Source of the DNA: Mobula hypostoma | Lineage: Eukaryota | Assembly: GCF_963921235.1 (NCBI RefSeq) | Contig: NC_086097.1 | Coordinates: forward strand, 147,872,001-147,936,000 | Length of the DNA: 64,000 nucleotides | Direction: 5' to 3' | Shown: piece by piece, positions 34,831 through 48,648 of the stretch | How positions within the stretch are numbered: the stretch's first letter is position 1 | How the letters are laid out: each line of letters begins with the position of its first letter | Notes under the pieces: generated by a model | What the model saw: only the letters and a program-made list of their open reading frames with translations | What the model was told of the DNA's origin: nothing | Database searches by the model: none | Translations under genes and position numbers: made by a program

Positions 34831-36964
34831 TGCAAACTATAGGATAAACTCTATCATGTTATGATCACTGCCCTCCAAATATTCCCTTACCTTAAACTTC
34901 CTATTGAAATCTGGGTCATTGGACAACACAGAATCTAGGATTGCCTTTCCTGTACTGGACTCAACTAGAGGCTGGTCTAAGAAACCATCTCCTGTGCATT
35001 CCACAAGTTCCCTCTTTTGGGATCCAGCATCAACCTGATTTTCCAAATCTACCTGCATATTGAATTCCCCCATGACTTATTATAACATTGCTCTTATTAC
35101 ATGGCTTTTCTATTGCCCGTTGGAATTTATATCCCACATTCTGGCTACTGTTCAGTGACCTGTATGGCACTGAATAGTAGCCAGAGGGCCCTTTTACCCT
35201 TGCAGTTGCTTAATTCTGCCCACAAGGATTCTTCATCTTCTGTGTCACCACCTTCTGAGGATTTGATTTAAATTTTTACCAACCCAGTCACCCAACCACC
35301 TCTGCCTATCTGCTTGTGCTTTTGATTCAATGTGTATCCTTGGATGTTGAACTCTCAACTATGATCTTCTTTCAGCCACAACTCAAAGATGCCCACTACG
35401 TCATACCTGCCAATCTCTTACAGCGCTACAAAATTATCTACCTTATTTCATATAATGTGTGCATTCATATATAATACCTTCAGTCCTGTATTCATCACCC
35501 TTTTGGATTTTTCCCCCATATCATCCCACTGACTGCAATTTTACACTATCGTGTGCCTGTCCTTCCTCACAGTCTCACTACACACTAAATCAGCTGCCCC
35601 ATCTTGACCCCAACTCTCTGGTTCCCATCTCCCTACCAATTTAGTTTAAACCCTCCCCAAAAGCTCTAGCAAACCTACCCACAAGGATGTTGGTCCACCT
35701 CAGGTACAGGTGTAAACTGTCTTTTATATACAGATCATACCTTCCCCAGGAGAGATCAAAATGATCCATAAATCTGAAACCTTGACCCCTGAACCACTTT
35801 CTTGTACAGTCATACATCTGTACTATTGTCCTCTCCCTACCCAAACTATCAAGTAGTTCGGCGAGTAATCCAGAAATTACTGCCTTTGGGGTCCGGCTCT
35901 TCAGCCTGTTCCCTAACTCTCTATACTCAGTGCATAGGACCTCTTCCCCCTTTCTACCTACGTCATTGGTGGCATTGTGCATCATTATGCTGCTCGCCCT
36001 CCCTCTTGAGAATCTTCTGCAGCCACTCTGAGACATAGCACATGGGAGGCAACACACCATTCTGACTTCTCTTTGACGGCCTTAAAACCTGCTGGCCATC
36101 CCCTAACCATCAAGTCTCCTATTAGTACTGCTGTGCCTCACATTACTCCTCCTTGCTGAGCCTCACAACTGGCCACATTGCCACTGACCTGGCTGCTGCT
36201 GCTGTGCCGATAGGTCACTCTACCCCAGCTATTTCTAAAGGTGTATACTTGGTGCTGAGAGGAAGAGCCACAGAAGAACCCTCTGCTAACAGCTTACTCC
36301 TCTTACTAATGGTGGTTACCCATCTACTACCTGAAGCCTGCAGTCCAGGTGTGACCACCTCAGAAAGTACTTTTCTATGAAGTGTTCAGCCTCCCAGATG
36401 TTCCTGAGTGCATCTAGCTCCAGCTCCAACTCTAGTTCCAGTTCCTTGACCTTGTCACTCCAAAGCTGAAGTTGGGTGCACTTCCTTCAGATGTAATCAT
36501 CAGAGAGACCATTAGGTACCCTGAAATTTCACATCTCACAGGAGGAGCGTTTAACTGCCTGAACTACCATCTTCCCTACAGTTTTATGCCTCTAACTTCT
36601 CAACCTTAAGTTCTGGCCTTCATCTGTTCTTAGCAAAACCTGATGAGCCAAAGCATGCCCTCTCTAACATTGTTTACTCGTACAATGGCTGCTCTGCTTA
36701 ACCCTCATTTCTTTTTATTGGCTATTGCTAATTAGCCATAGTTACTCTTAACCCAAGCAACCAGTCACTCCTCAGAGAAGTCCCAACAGGCCCCACTCGC
36801 TTTTCAAAACTGGTACTTAGTCAACAGGGAACTGTCTCCAACTCACTTCTTTGATAGATGTGTACAAGTGATATTGTATATTTCTGTCAAAGTATATTCT
36901 TTGGGACATTTTGACACCAAGAGGAAGTCTTAAATTCTGTAATCTAACATATCTGAAAATCATT

Positions 36965-37262
36965 TAAACCATAGAAACCATAGCACAGAAACAGGCCTTT
37001 TGGCCCTTCTTGGCTGTGCCGAACCATTTTCTGCCTAGTCCCACTGACCTGCACACGGACCATATCCCTCCAAACACCTCCCATCCATGTATCTGTCCAA
37101 CTTATTCTTAAATGTTAAAAAAGAACCCGCATTTACCACCTCGTCTGGCAGCTCATTCCATACACCCACCACTCTCTGTGTGAAGAAGCCCCCCCCCAAT
37201 GTTCCCTTTAAACTTTTCTCCCCTCACCCTAAACCCATGTCCTCTGGTTTTTTTCTCCCCTT
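36965..37262 (-). mobile_element. CR1 LINE 3' end (young-looking)
   Basis: aaaccatagaaaccatag tail and TRGHGFRVRGEKFKG. Confidence 0.8.
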
Positions 37263-37747
37263 CTGGAAGAATTCCAGAAAAACTGTTTTGCCCTCTTTCA
37301 TGGACCTGCACAACCTTCTCAAAATGTAGTGGCAAAATCTGTGTCCTAAGCTGTGTCCGAATTCCCAACTTCTTACACTTGAAGCACAGGATTCCATTAA
37401 ATTTTTCTTAGTTGTTTCTTAACATGTTGCCACTTTCAAATGTTTATCAACTAGGTAGGTAGGTTCATCTCTACCAAGTTACAAATTAGATCTGTGACAT
37501 TTGATGTCATATTGGTGTACTTATAATAATAATAATATTAGAAGTACAGCTCTGCACCCACAAATCGTATTTAGAACAATTTTGAAATGTGAATACAGTT
37601 GTGATCTGCATATTGCCTTGTTGGAATGCACTGAGAACAAGGTGTAGTTCTGGTCTTCATGCAGAACTCGGCTTCCCATGCATCTTAGTTCGGTTGCGCT
37701 CTGAACACTGCATTCTTGGAACTGGTTTATTATTGCCACATATGCCA

Positions 37748-38570
37748 AGATACAGTGAATTGAATTGACTTTATTTCTTACATCCTTCACATACATGAGG
37801 AGTAAAAAGCTTTGTTGCATTCCCGTCTGAATGTGCAATGTGCCAATTATAGTAATTTGTAATAGATAGTATGTACAGTAGGATATACAATAGAACAGTC
37901 AATATAGCTTAGAAATATAATTTTGTCAGTGTGAATTAATCAGTCTGATAGCCTGGTGGAAGAAGCTGTCCCGGAGCCTGTTGGTCCCGGCTTTAATGCT
38001 GCAGTACCGTTTCCCAAATGGTAACAACTGGAACAGTTTGTGGTTGGGATGGCTCGGGTCCCCAATGGATCCTTCAAGCCCTTTTTATGCACGTGTCGCT
38101 GTAAATGTCCTGTATAGTGGGAAGTTCACATCCACAGCTACGCTGGGCTGTCCACACCACTCTCTGCAGAGTCCTGCGATTGAGGGAAGTACAGTTCCCG
38201 TAACAGACAGTGATATAGCCAGTCAGAATGCTCTTCACTGTGCCCCTGTAGAAAGTCCTTAGGATTTGGGGAGCTGAACTTTTTCAACCATCTGTATGTA
38301 CAGACCAAGTGAGGTCATCGGTGATGTGCATACTGAGGAACTTGAAGCTGTTCACCCTCTCAACCCCGTTCATGTCAATAGGGGTAAGCCTGTCTCTGGT
38401 CCTCCAGTAGTTCACATGAATCTCCTTTGTTTTTGTGACATTGAGGAGAGGTTATTTTCTTGACACCACTGTGTCAGCTTGACAACTTCTTCTCTGTAGG
38501 CTGCTTTGTTATTATTTGAGGTAAGGCCAATCAGTGTAGTATTATCTGCCAGTTTAATTAGCAGATTTGA
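37748..38570 (-). mobile_element. Rex1/Babar LINE 3' part
   Basis: gaattgaattgactttatttc tail; LLIKLADNTTLIGL..QWCQENNL (ORF 38412-38651). Confidence 0.8.
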
Positions 38571-39930
38571 GATGTGAAGAGCAAGAGGATAAGACATGAG
38601 AGAATAGGACCAATCAAGTGTGACAGTGGAAAAGTGTGTATGGAACCACAAGAGATAGCCGAGGTATGGAATACTTTTCTTCAGTATTCACTACAGAAAA
38701 GGTCCTTGGCGACTGTAGGGATGACTTACAGCAGATTGAAAAGCTTGAGCATATAGACATTAAGAAAGAGGATGTGCTGGAGCTTTTGGAAGGTATCAAG
38801 TTGGATCAGTCACCGGGACTGGATGAGATATTCCGCAGGCTACTGTGGAAGGCGAGGGAGGAGATTGCTGATCATCTAGCAGTGATCTTTGCATCATCAA
38901 TGGGGACAAGAGAGGTTCCGGAGGATTGGAGGGTTGCAGTTGTTGTTCCCTTATTCAAGAAAGGGGGTAGAGATGGCCCAGGAAATTATAGACCAGTGAG
39001 GCTTACTTCAGTGGTTGGTAAGTTGCTGGAGAAGATCCTGAGACACAGGATTTATGAACATTTGGAGAGGCATAATATGATTAGGAATACTCAGGGTGGC
39101 TTTATCAAAGGCAGATCGTGCCTTAACGAGCCTGATTGAATTTTTTGAGGATGTGATTAAAAACATTGATGAAGGTAGAGCAGTAGATGTAGTGTATATG
39201 GATTTCAGCAAGGCATTTGACAAGGTACCACAGTAAGGAGGCATGGGATCTAAGGGGACCTTGCTCTGTGGATCCAGAATTGGCTTGCCCAAAGAAGGCA
39301 AAGAGGGGTTATAGACGGGTCATATTCTGCATGGGGGTCGGTGACCGGTGGTGTGCCTCAGGGATCTGTATTGGGACGACTTCTCTTCGTGATATTTATA
39401 AATGACCTGGATGAGGAAGTGGAGGGATGGGTTAGTAAATTTGCTAATGACACAAAGGTTGGGGGTGTTGTGGATAGTGTGGAGGGCTGTCAGAGGTTAC
39501 AGCAGGACATTGATAGGATGCATAACTGGGCTGAGAATTGGTAGATGGAGTTCAACCCAGATGTGTGAGGTGGCTCATTTTGGTAGGTCAAATGATGACA
39601 GAATATAGTGTTAATGATAAGACTCTTGGCAGTGTGGAGGATCTTGGGGTCCAGGTCCATTGGACACTCAAAGCTGCTGCGCATGTTGACTCTGTAGATA
39701 AGAAGGCATATGGTGCATTGGCCTTTATCAACTGTGGAATTGAGCTTAAGAGCCGAGAGGTAATGTTACAGCTATATTGGACCCTGGTCAGACCCCACTT
39801 GGAGTTCTGTGCTCAGTTCTGGTCACCTCACTACAGGAAGGATGTGGAAACTATAGAAAGGATGCAGAGGTGTTGCCTGGATGTTGCCTGGATTGGGGAG
39901 TGTGCCCTTTGAGAATAGGTTGAGTGAACC
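38571..39930 (+). mobile_element. CR1 LINE ORF2 internal fragment (RT)
   Basis: ORFs 38636-39912 (GNYRPVRLTS, GVPQGSVLG, KFANDTK, RPHLEFCAQFWSP). Confidence 0.9.
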
Positions 39931-40335
39931 TAGTTAGGATGCTTTCTATTGTGCATCGATAATATTGTTATTGGATATGCCAGATTTCTTTAACCACCTG
40001 AAGAAGTATGGGTAATGGTGAGCTTGCTTAACTTCTGACATTTATGTAGTTGGCTTAGGATGGGCTATTGGTGATGTTAACTCCTGGGGACTTAAAACCC
40101 TCCACCCTCTCAACCGCAACAACATAGATGTAGAGTGGAGTTTGCATGCCACCCAGTTTTCTGGTCAATGTCCAGTTCTTTAGTTTTGTTGACGTTGACG
40201 GAAAGGTTGTCATGACAGCATGTTACCAACCTCTCTATCTCCTTCCTGTATTCCAACTCATTGTTACTTTTGATCTGGCCCACTATGGTGGTATCATCTG
40301 CAAACTTATAGATGGAGTTAGAACATAATCACGGT
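39931..40335 (-). mobile_element. Older Rex1/Babar fragment
   Basis: Minus-strand KFADDTTIVG (gtatcatctgcaaactt) and the surrounding Rex-like sequence. Confidence 0.6.
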
Positions 40336-40684
40336 GAGTATACTGGTCTTCATCTCAGACCAGATGTCTGCCAGGAAGGAGTGTGGGGTTGGTAGTGTAG
40401 TTTGACAGTGAGGTATTGTAGATTATTAGAATTGATGTTGAAATGGATTGATGGTATATTAGTTTGAGTAAATGATTGAGAGCAAGATTGCAAGCTGAAG
40501 GTACTTACATTGAGAGTGGAGAGCTGGATAACCCTCAGCAATGGATAGACGCCTTGAACTGCCTGCCAGCTGCACATTTGTGAGGAAATTAACTCTCACC
40601 AAGGCAGACCTCAAACTCCAGTTGCTACTATTCTTGGTAGATGTATCTGAAAGAGATTAGTCAAGCATTAGTCAATGCACAACA

Positions 40685-40712
40685 AACACACACACACACA
40701 CTCACACTCACA
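40685..40712. repeat. (CA)n microsatellite, imperfect
   Basis: acacacacacacacactcacactcacat. Confidence 0.8.
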
Positions 40713-41054
40713 TACTATTTAGTTATTTCTCAAAATAGGTTGACTTCTGTAAATTAAAGACATACAAATAATTTACACCATAACCAGGTCATTTTTTTTC
40801 TGAATCAGTATAATCTTTTCTCCAACGTTTCACAGCCTGAGTGGCATGCTGAAACATGTCTAATATCTTGCACCTCTGAAACCTTAAATCTGTTACTGCA
40901 GTGCCTTTTCCTGTATACTTATGACGCAGCTGAAATTATTTTTAAAAACATGTTCAAAAGTCAATCTTTTCACCTTTCATTAAGGCTATCATTTGCCTGC
41001 TAACCACAACAGTATACAAGTGATTTTTTAAAGAATTCTGTAAAGGTGAATCAT

Positions 41055-41929
41055 GGAATCATGCGGCCAAAAAGTTCTATTCAGAAGGTTCAAAGGAACA
41101 TCAAAATAAGCTTGATGCATTTTGGACACAAGTCCTGTGGACTGATGAAGTTAAAATAGAACTTTTTGGCTGCAATGAGCAAAGATATGTTTGGAGAAAA
41201 AAGGGTGCAGAATTTCATGAAAAGAACACCTCTCCAACTGTTAAGCATGGGGTTGGATCAAACATGCTTTGGGCTTGTGTTGCAGCCAGTGGCACGGGGA
41301 ACATTTCCTGGTAAAGGGAAGAATGAATTCAATTAAATACCAGCAAATTCTGGAGGCAAACATCACACTGTCTGTAATAAAAAAAAAGCCGAAGGTGAAA
41401 AGAGGATGGCTTCTACAACAGGATAATGATCCTAAACACACCTCAAAATCCACAATGGACTACCTCAAGAGGCGCAAGCTGAAGGTTTTGCCATGGCCAT
41501 CACAATCCCCTGACCTAAACATCATCGAGAATCTGTGGATAGACCTCAAAAGAGCAGTGCATGCAAGATGGCCCAAGAATCTCACAGAACTAGAAGCCTT
41601 TTGCAAGGAAGAATAGGCCAAAATCCCCCAAACAAGAATTGAAAGACTCTTAGCTGGCTACAAAAAGCGTTTACAAGCTATGATACTTGCCAAAGGGGGT
41701 GTTACTAAGTACTGCCATGCAGGGTGCCCAAACTTTTGCTTCGAGCCCTTTTCCTTTTTTGTTATTTTGAAACTGTAAAAGATGGAAATAAAAAAGTTTT
41801 CTTAAAATATTAAGGAATGTGTCATCTTTAACTTTATGCCTTTTGGAAATCAGTTCATCTTTTACTCGCTTAGCTATTCACAGTAACAGAAATTTTGACC
41901 AGGGGTGCCCAAACTTTTGCATGCCACTG
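41055..41929 (+). mobile_element. Tc1-like (DD34E) transposon, 5'-truncated, with IR/DR-type right end
   Basis: VLWTDEVKIELF, PTVKHG, QQDNDPKH and WPSQSPDLNIIE (34 residues between D and E). Direct repeat gggtgcccaaacttttgc near 41722 and 41903; end ..gccactg followed by TA. Confidence 0.92.
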
Positions 41930-44509
41930 TATAAGTGTATTACCTAACGTTTGCCTGGAATAAATTTCATTAAATTTTAACCTTAAAATAGTGCAGGAGA
42001 TATTAATGGGATTGATCAATGAAAAGACCCCAGGGCGAGATAACCTGCATTCTTGAATACTAAAAGCGCTAACCATGGAAATAGCAGGGGCATTGGTAGA
42101 CAACTTCCAAAATTCTGGAGATTATCAAAGGGTCTCTGTAGATTGGAGTGTAGCAAACCTAACTTCACTATTTAAAATAGGAGAGAGCATAAGAAAAGAA
42201 AGAGAACTACCGCAAAGATTCACAGACAGATTCCTGAGATGGCAGGATTGTTGTACAAAGAATGGATCAGTTGGACCTGTACTCGTTTGAATTTTGAAAA
42301 ATGAGAGAAGGTCTCTGATTCTTCCTTGGCTAGGGTGTCTTTAATCAGGAGTTACATTTTCAAGATATTTAGGGTTGAAATATAGAGATACGAAATTCAT
42401 TGGGTGGTGAACAAGTGGTAGTGTCTGCCATTGTAGGCTTCAGAAGCCATGTTGTTGAATATATTTGTGAAGGAGATGGTAGGTTTCTTGACATAACTGA
42501 CATGACAAGAAGTTAGGATTGTGATATGGAGGAAGACTATCAACTTTGCTTAGATTGATTGAGAGGTTCAAAGGGTTGAATAACCTAACCCCTTTCCCCC
42601 CGAAGTTTCTATGTTTTACGTTTGCTTGGCATTTTGATAGTGGTTTTTTTGTAGAATAAAAGTGAAGATTGTGTTTTCTTGCTGTTTTCATCATTTTTTT
42701 AACAGTATTTTGGTTCTTTGGTGAATTCAGTCACTGTATTGCCATCTCACACTCAATTGATGATTTTTGAGATTAATGGTAAAATATTAGACATCCTTGA
42801 AATTTTAAATTAACCACCTGCATTAGCACCAATTAACTATAAAGTTCCATTTGTGTTGGCAGTTGAGAGAGGAGTGGTTATGGAGGAAAAATTACCTCTT
42901 AATAATGGCAACAAGAAAAGTAATCACTGTCCTCTCCTTCATTGGTTTCTCTTTTTTTCTCATGGGTGCAGCATCATCCTAATTTTTCTCCTCATGTTTG
43001 CCTTTACAACTTCTGCCCTTGCTGTCCCTTTATTTATTTAGCAGCTATGTTGCAATCTGCATTCCATTAATTGCAGTTTTGAACCTGGCGACCAAGCATT
43101 AAGGGCATTAAATACCCTTGAGCTCTTTTGTAGAACCACTAACTTACTGAAATTTTTACTTTTATGAAAATAATAGTATACTTTCTTATTGGAAAATATA
43201 TTCACTTCTAATGTACTTTGCGTCGTGAGGATAAGGTGATGGAGTAGTAAAGTAAGAATGGAATTTTGTACCAGCTATTCTGATTTTTGAGGCAACCCGT
43301 CACCCATTAATCTTCTAGTTGCTAATCCATATGAGCAAACTATCCAGGTTTACAAATGCTGCTATTAGAAATTTGGCTGTTATACATAACATCTATATTT
43401 GTGTTCTCCCATGGATTACCTTCCTCTATATTAAAAAGAAACCCACCTTCCTTACAGTTGCTGACCTGTAGTGACAACCAATCCAGACAATACCTAAATC
43501 CAGTTTTAAGACTTCTTTGCCAATCTCAAGATTCATGTCCTCACTGTTCCAATGAGTAGAAAGAAAGAACTGTGATAATTATGTCAATAATTTTTAATTT
43601 ACCTCATTAAGTCATAGAAAGATATTCACCCTCTTCACATTAATTATTAGATTTGGGTCTAAATAAGATGTTTTGTTTTTCTCCTAAATGAGTAAGATTA
43701 TTGGAATGTCTCCATATGGAACATTTTTACCATCTGCATCTAACTCCTGAATCAAAAATTGGGCGGCATAAATACTGAACTTTTTCTCTGCAATTTGGAA
43801 TTAGTTAAGTACGATGCATTTATCTTGCAAGGTTTGTCACAAAAAATATATTCCATTTCAATGTTTTGATTTATTTCTTAATGAATGGCAGTTTTATCTA
43901 TTCGCTCTATCTGGGAATTAATTCCTGGATAGGATATTGTTTGCTATTTGGTGCCTTTGCCATCAGTTGTCGTACTGTTCCTCAATACTGCAGAACTTCA
44001 TGTTGAACTTGTATCAAATGGCGAAATCCCAGGAATGTTATCAAACCATGTTACTACATGTAGAGCTTAGGGTTTCATTATTTTTATTCAAAGGCACACA
44101 TTAGTAGTGTTCTCCTGCTGTCTCAGTCAACTTTAATCCCTCAACCAATATCATAGTAAAATGCATTGTTTGTTCACCACTTTGCAGATTGCAGTGTCTT
44201 GTAAATAGCTTCTCACATTTTCATTCATTGTAAACTAGCCTCCAATTCAGAGATGAATAATTAACTGTTAACATCCTGAGGATGTTAGCAATGTCATAAA
44301 TTTTCAAGTTGTTTATTTCGGCATTTATCAGAAACTCCAGCATCAAAGATAAGGTTGATAGGCTAGAAAGTTAGGCAGTTAATGGCCTAGGAGAAATGTT
44401 TATAAATGCTCTGCAGTAGTTTTCCAAGCAGCATCAGATATTACTGACCTGTATGTTGTGTAATTTGTTATTTTGTAAACAGTACAATGCAAAGATATAA
44501 AATTATTAT

Positions 44510-46527
44510 TGTAATGTGTGGATCTACTACTTTTAGAGCAGTGTCAACCTCCCCCCCCCCTTAGCACTACGTATTGATCTGTCTCTGCGCATGCACATTG
44601 TTCTTTCTCTCACTGTAATGTGACTACACCAGTTAAAGCCATCTCCCGCGTACGTACTTTTATTTAATCAATACGTAGTTGTGCACCACAGACACAACAA
44701 ATTGGCAGCGAGTATGAACCTGAATGTCAGAAAATATCACAAACTGCACCGACAGTTACGGTCTGAAACAGCGTGAGTTTAACAACAGGGGAAGGCCGTC
44801 ACAGACACTAACAAACGTGTGAGTACAGTGCATAGTAACAGTGCTGAACTTAAAGTGAAAATATCGTGGCGAAGGCTTCAGTCGGAAAGTTGACGAAATA
44901 GATAGCACTAATGAAGGCTGGGAGTCGTATTTCGAGAGGGTTGAACTGTGCTGTAATGCAAACAATATGAAGGAGCAAAAGAAAGTCCCTACACTTCTTA
45001 GCTTAATAGGTATAGTGTCTTGTGGAACGCAGTAACCTCTGAAAAGCCAGCAAGCAAGATATTCGAGGAAATTGCAACAAGTTTATAGTATCACTTGAGC
45101 CCTAAGCTGCTGGTAATAGCTGAGATATTTAGATTTTACAAAACAATTCAGTCAAAAGATGAAAGCATTTCTGAATACATTGCAAGAACTGCTCAAATTT
45201 TCTCAGTACTGTGACTTTAAAGATGACTCTCTGATGCATTAAGGAACAGGCTTGTATATGGCATGCATAGTCAGAACACTCCAAAGAGGCTGCTATCTGA
45301 AAGAGACCTAACCTTAGAACAGGCATTGAGCATTGCAATATTGTTAGAGAGTACAGCAAAGGATGCAGCAGAACTACAGAAAAGGTTAGAATGTGAAATG
45401 CATAAAATGTCCCTGAATAGTGCAAAAAGGCAAAGATGTTACAGATGTGGCAAATCCTACCAGGATGCAAATGACTGTTGGTTCAAAGAAAAAGTCTGCA
45501 GAAAGTGTCACAGTCAAGGTCACATGGAGTATGCAAGGCAGACAAAAAGTACAACAGAGTGAAAAGTCTTAAACACAAAACCAAGCAAATTACCGAATGT
45601 AAAACAGAATCAGAAACAACACAGAGTGTGACAAAGTTGAACTGTGATGCATGGAACTGCATAGTATTACTGAAGCAGGTCGCACATGTTTGGTGTACGA
45701 CTGCAAATGCAGTTGATACAAAGTCAGCTTTGTCTATAATTCCAGATGCTGACTACAGCAAAGTGTTTTCTAAGATACCATTAGAGAAAACCTCAGTAAT
45801 GCTAAAACCTACACAGGCGAAAGAGTGTCTTCCAAAGGCAAACTGAAATTGATATATGGAAGGCAAACACAGCAATTAGTGCTTTATGTATTGAAATGTG
45901 GAGGGCCAGCACTTCTCAAATGTGAATGTTTGAGAAAAATCCATCTAGGTTGGTACTGAATCAAAGCTCTCAGTGTGGCGTCAAAAGGCAACGGCAGCCC
46001 AAATGGTAGCACTAACCAGAGACTGGCACAGCTGCTTAATGCTAATGAAAAGGATATTGGTAAATTCAAAGGCATGAAGGTCAGAATTGAATTGAATGAA
46101 CCAGCAAAACCCAGATTCCATAAAGTGCATCTAGTGCCTTACACTACATCCTAAAGTGGATGCTGAATTTCAGAAGTTGGAGGCAACTGGAATTCTCTCC
46201 AAGGTTGAGTGGAGTGATTGGGTCATGCCCATTGTCTCTGTGATCAAGAAAGGAAAGGCCGGAGCCGTTTACATATCTGGGGATTTTGAAGTGAGCATCA
46301 ACCCACTGCTGCGTACTGTGCAGTATCCCCTGTAAAGAATACAAGACATTTTTGCATCATTGGCAGGCGGGGAGAGGTATTCAAAGATTGATTTGTCACA
46401 AGCCTATCTGTAAATGGAGATTGAGGAGTCAAGCAGGAAGTTCCTCACAATCAACACTCACAAGTGGCTGTTCCAGTAGAATCATCTCGTCTTTGGCGTT
46501 GCATCAGCTCCAGCAATTTGGCAAAGA
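44510..46527 (+). mobile_element. Ty3/Gypsy (Mag-like) LTR retrotransposon 5' part: LTR, PBS, gag, protease, start of RT
   Basis: Short LTR TGTAAT..ACAACA (44510-44699), PBS-like tggcagcgag, gag WESYFERVE, two knuckles CYRCGK..C and CRKCHSQGH, protease VDTKSALS, RT start (..GDF..INP.., SKIDLSQAYL). Truncated by a Rex insertion. Confidence 0.88.
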
Positions 46528-48560
46528 ATTGAATTGACTTTATTTCTTACATCCTTCATATTCATGAGTAAAAATCTTTGTTACATCTCTGTCTCTATGT
46601 GCAATTTATAGTAATTTATAATAAATCGAATATACAACTGGATAGTCAATATAACATAGAAATACAATTGTATCAGCGTGAATTAGTCAGTCTGATGGCC
46701 TGGTGGAAGAAGCTGTCCTGGAGCATGTTGGTCCTGGCTTTTATGTTGCGATACCATTTCCAGGATGTTAGCAGCTGGAACAGTTTATGGTTTGGGTGAC
46801 TCGGATCCCCAGTGATCTGAATCATGGGAAGTTCACAACTACAGATGCGCTGATCTGGGTGGTGGGGTGTTGCTGATGATGGATGCTGCTTTCCTTTGAC
46901 AACGTTCTGTGTAGATGTAGTCAATTGTGGAGAGGACTTTATCCATGATGGACTTGACTGTATCCACTAATTTTTCTAGGATTTTCCGTTCAACAGCATT
47001 GGTGTTTCCATAGCAGGCAGTGATGCAGCCAGTCAATATACTCTCCACTACACATCTCTAGAAGTTCATCAAAGTTTTAGATGTCATGCCAAATCTTTGC
47101 AAACTGCAAAGGAAGTAGAGGCACTGCCATGCTTTCTTCATCCCAGGTCCTCTGAAATAATAACACTAAGGATTTAAAAGCTGCTGGCTCTCTCTACCTG
47201 TGATCATCTGATGAGGACTGACTCAGGGACATACAGTTTCTTCCATCTAAAGTCAATAATCAGCTGCTTGGTCTTGCTGACATTGAGTGAGGGGTTGTTG
47301 TTTTGACACCACTCAGCTAGATTTTCAAACAACCTCCTATATGCTGACTTGTCTCCACCTTTGATTCAGCCCGTGATAGTGATATCGTCAGCAAGCTTGC
47401 ACATGGCACTAGAGCAGGGGGCTAAGCACACAGCCTTGTGGTGCACCTGTGCTGATGAAGATTGTGGAGAAGATGTTGTTGCCAATCCAAACTGACTTGG
47501 GTCTGCAAGTGAAGAAATCGAGGATCCAATTGCACAAGGTGGTATTGAGGCCAAGGTCTTGAAGTTCTTTGATTTTTTTGAGGCGATGATGCTGTTGAAT
47601 GGCGAGTTGTAGACAATAAAGAGTTTTCTGATGTATGCATCTGTGGTGTCCAGATGGTCCAGGGTTGAGTGAAGAGCCAATGAAATGGCATCTGTTGTGG
47701 ACCTGTTGTGCCAATAAGCAATTTGGAACAGATCCAAGTCACCTCTCAGGCAGCAGTTGATATATTTTATTACCAACCTCTCAAAGCACTTCAGTATGGT
47801 GGTTGTAAATGCTGCTGGACAATAGTCATTGAGGCAAGTTACCATGTTCTTTTTAGGCCCCGGTATAATTGAAGCCTTTTTGAAGTAGGTGGGTACCTCA
47901 TATTACTGAAGCGAGAGGATGAAGATCTCAGTGAACCCTCCAGCCAGTTGATCAGCACAGGTTTTTAGTACTTGGCCAGATAGTCTGTCTGGGCCGGATA
48001 CTTTTTGTGGGTTCACCCTCTTGAAGGCTGCTTGCATGTTGGCCTCAGAGACTAAAGTCACAGAATCACAAGGGCTATGAAAGTTCATGATAGTTCCTTT
48101 ATGTTTTGGTGGTCAAAACGAGCATAGAAGGTATTGCTCATTTAGAAGCGAAGCCTGATTATAAGAGGTGATATCATTCAAGCCTTGTCACAACAGTCGA
48201 GATTTCTTCGTTGATTCAAGATAAGCCTGGAATTGCCACTTTGGCTGTGAGATGGCTTTCTGGAGATCTTACCTGGACCTTTTGTAACTTTTTTGGTCAC
48301 CAGGCTTAAGCACCTCTGATCTGACCCTTAGCAGATTGTGGATCTCATGGTTCATCCAGGGCTTCTGGTTGGCGATGATTTTGAATGATTTTGTGGGGAC
48401 ACACTTGCCTACAACTGTTCTAATAAAATCTTTGACAACCGTGGTGTATTCAGATCCACAGATGAGCTCTTGATGAACCCGACTCGAAGTAATCCCCAGC
48501 CTCCCACGACCATCTCTTTGTTGTTATAATCCCTGGATCTTAGCCTCTGCCTGTATGCAG
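46528..48560 (-). mobile_element. Rex1/Babar LINE segments (two subfamilies joined near 46850)
   Basis: Tail at 46528 is of the same family as 37748. ORFs 47366-48088 ([43 protein letters not shown]). Confidence 0.85.
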
Positions 48561-48648
48561 GTGGAGGGACAGCTAAGCTAATTCCATATCTTTATACTAA
48601 AACTACTTGATATAAAGGTTAACAATAGCTGCCCCTGTTTGTTGTTTG

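Larger units (their letters stand above)
32555..36790 (-). mobile_element. Near full-span decayed CR1 LINE (5' UTR, ORF1, EN, RT, 3' end) with nested SINEs
   Basis: ORFs 35641-36060 (esterase-like ORF1), 34837-35073 (GEFN..LDSVL..SDHNMIEF), 33187-33513 (NDLD..KFADDTK); cataagacataggagcagaattaggcc tail. Confidence 0.88.
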
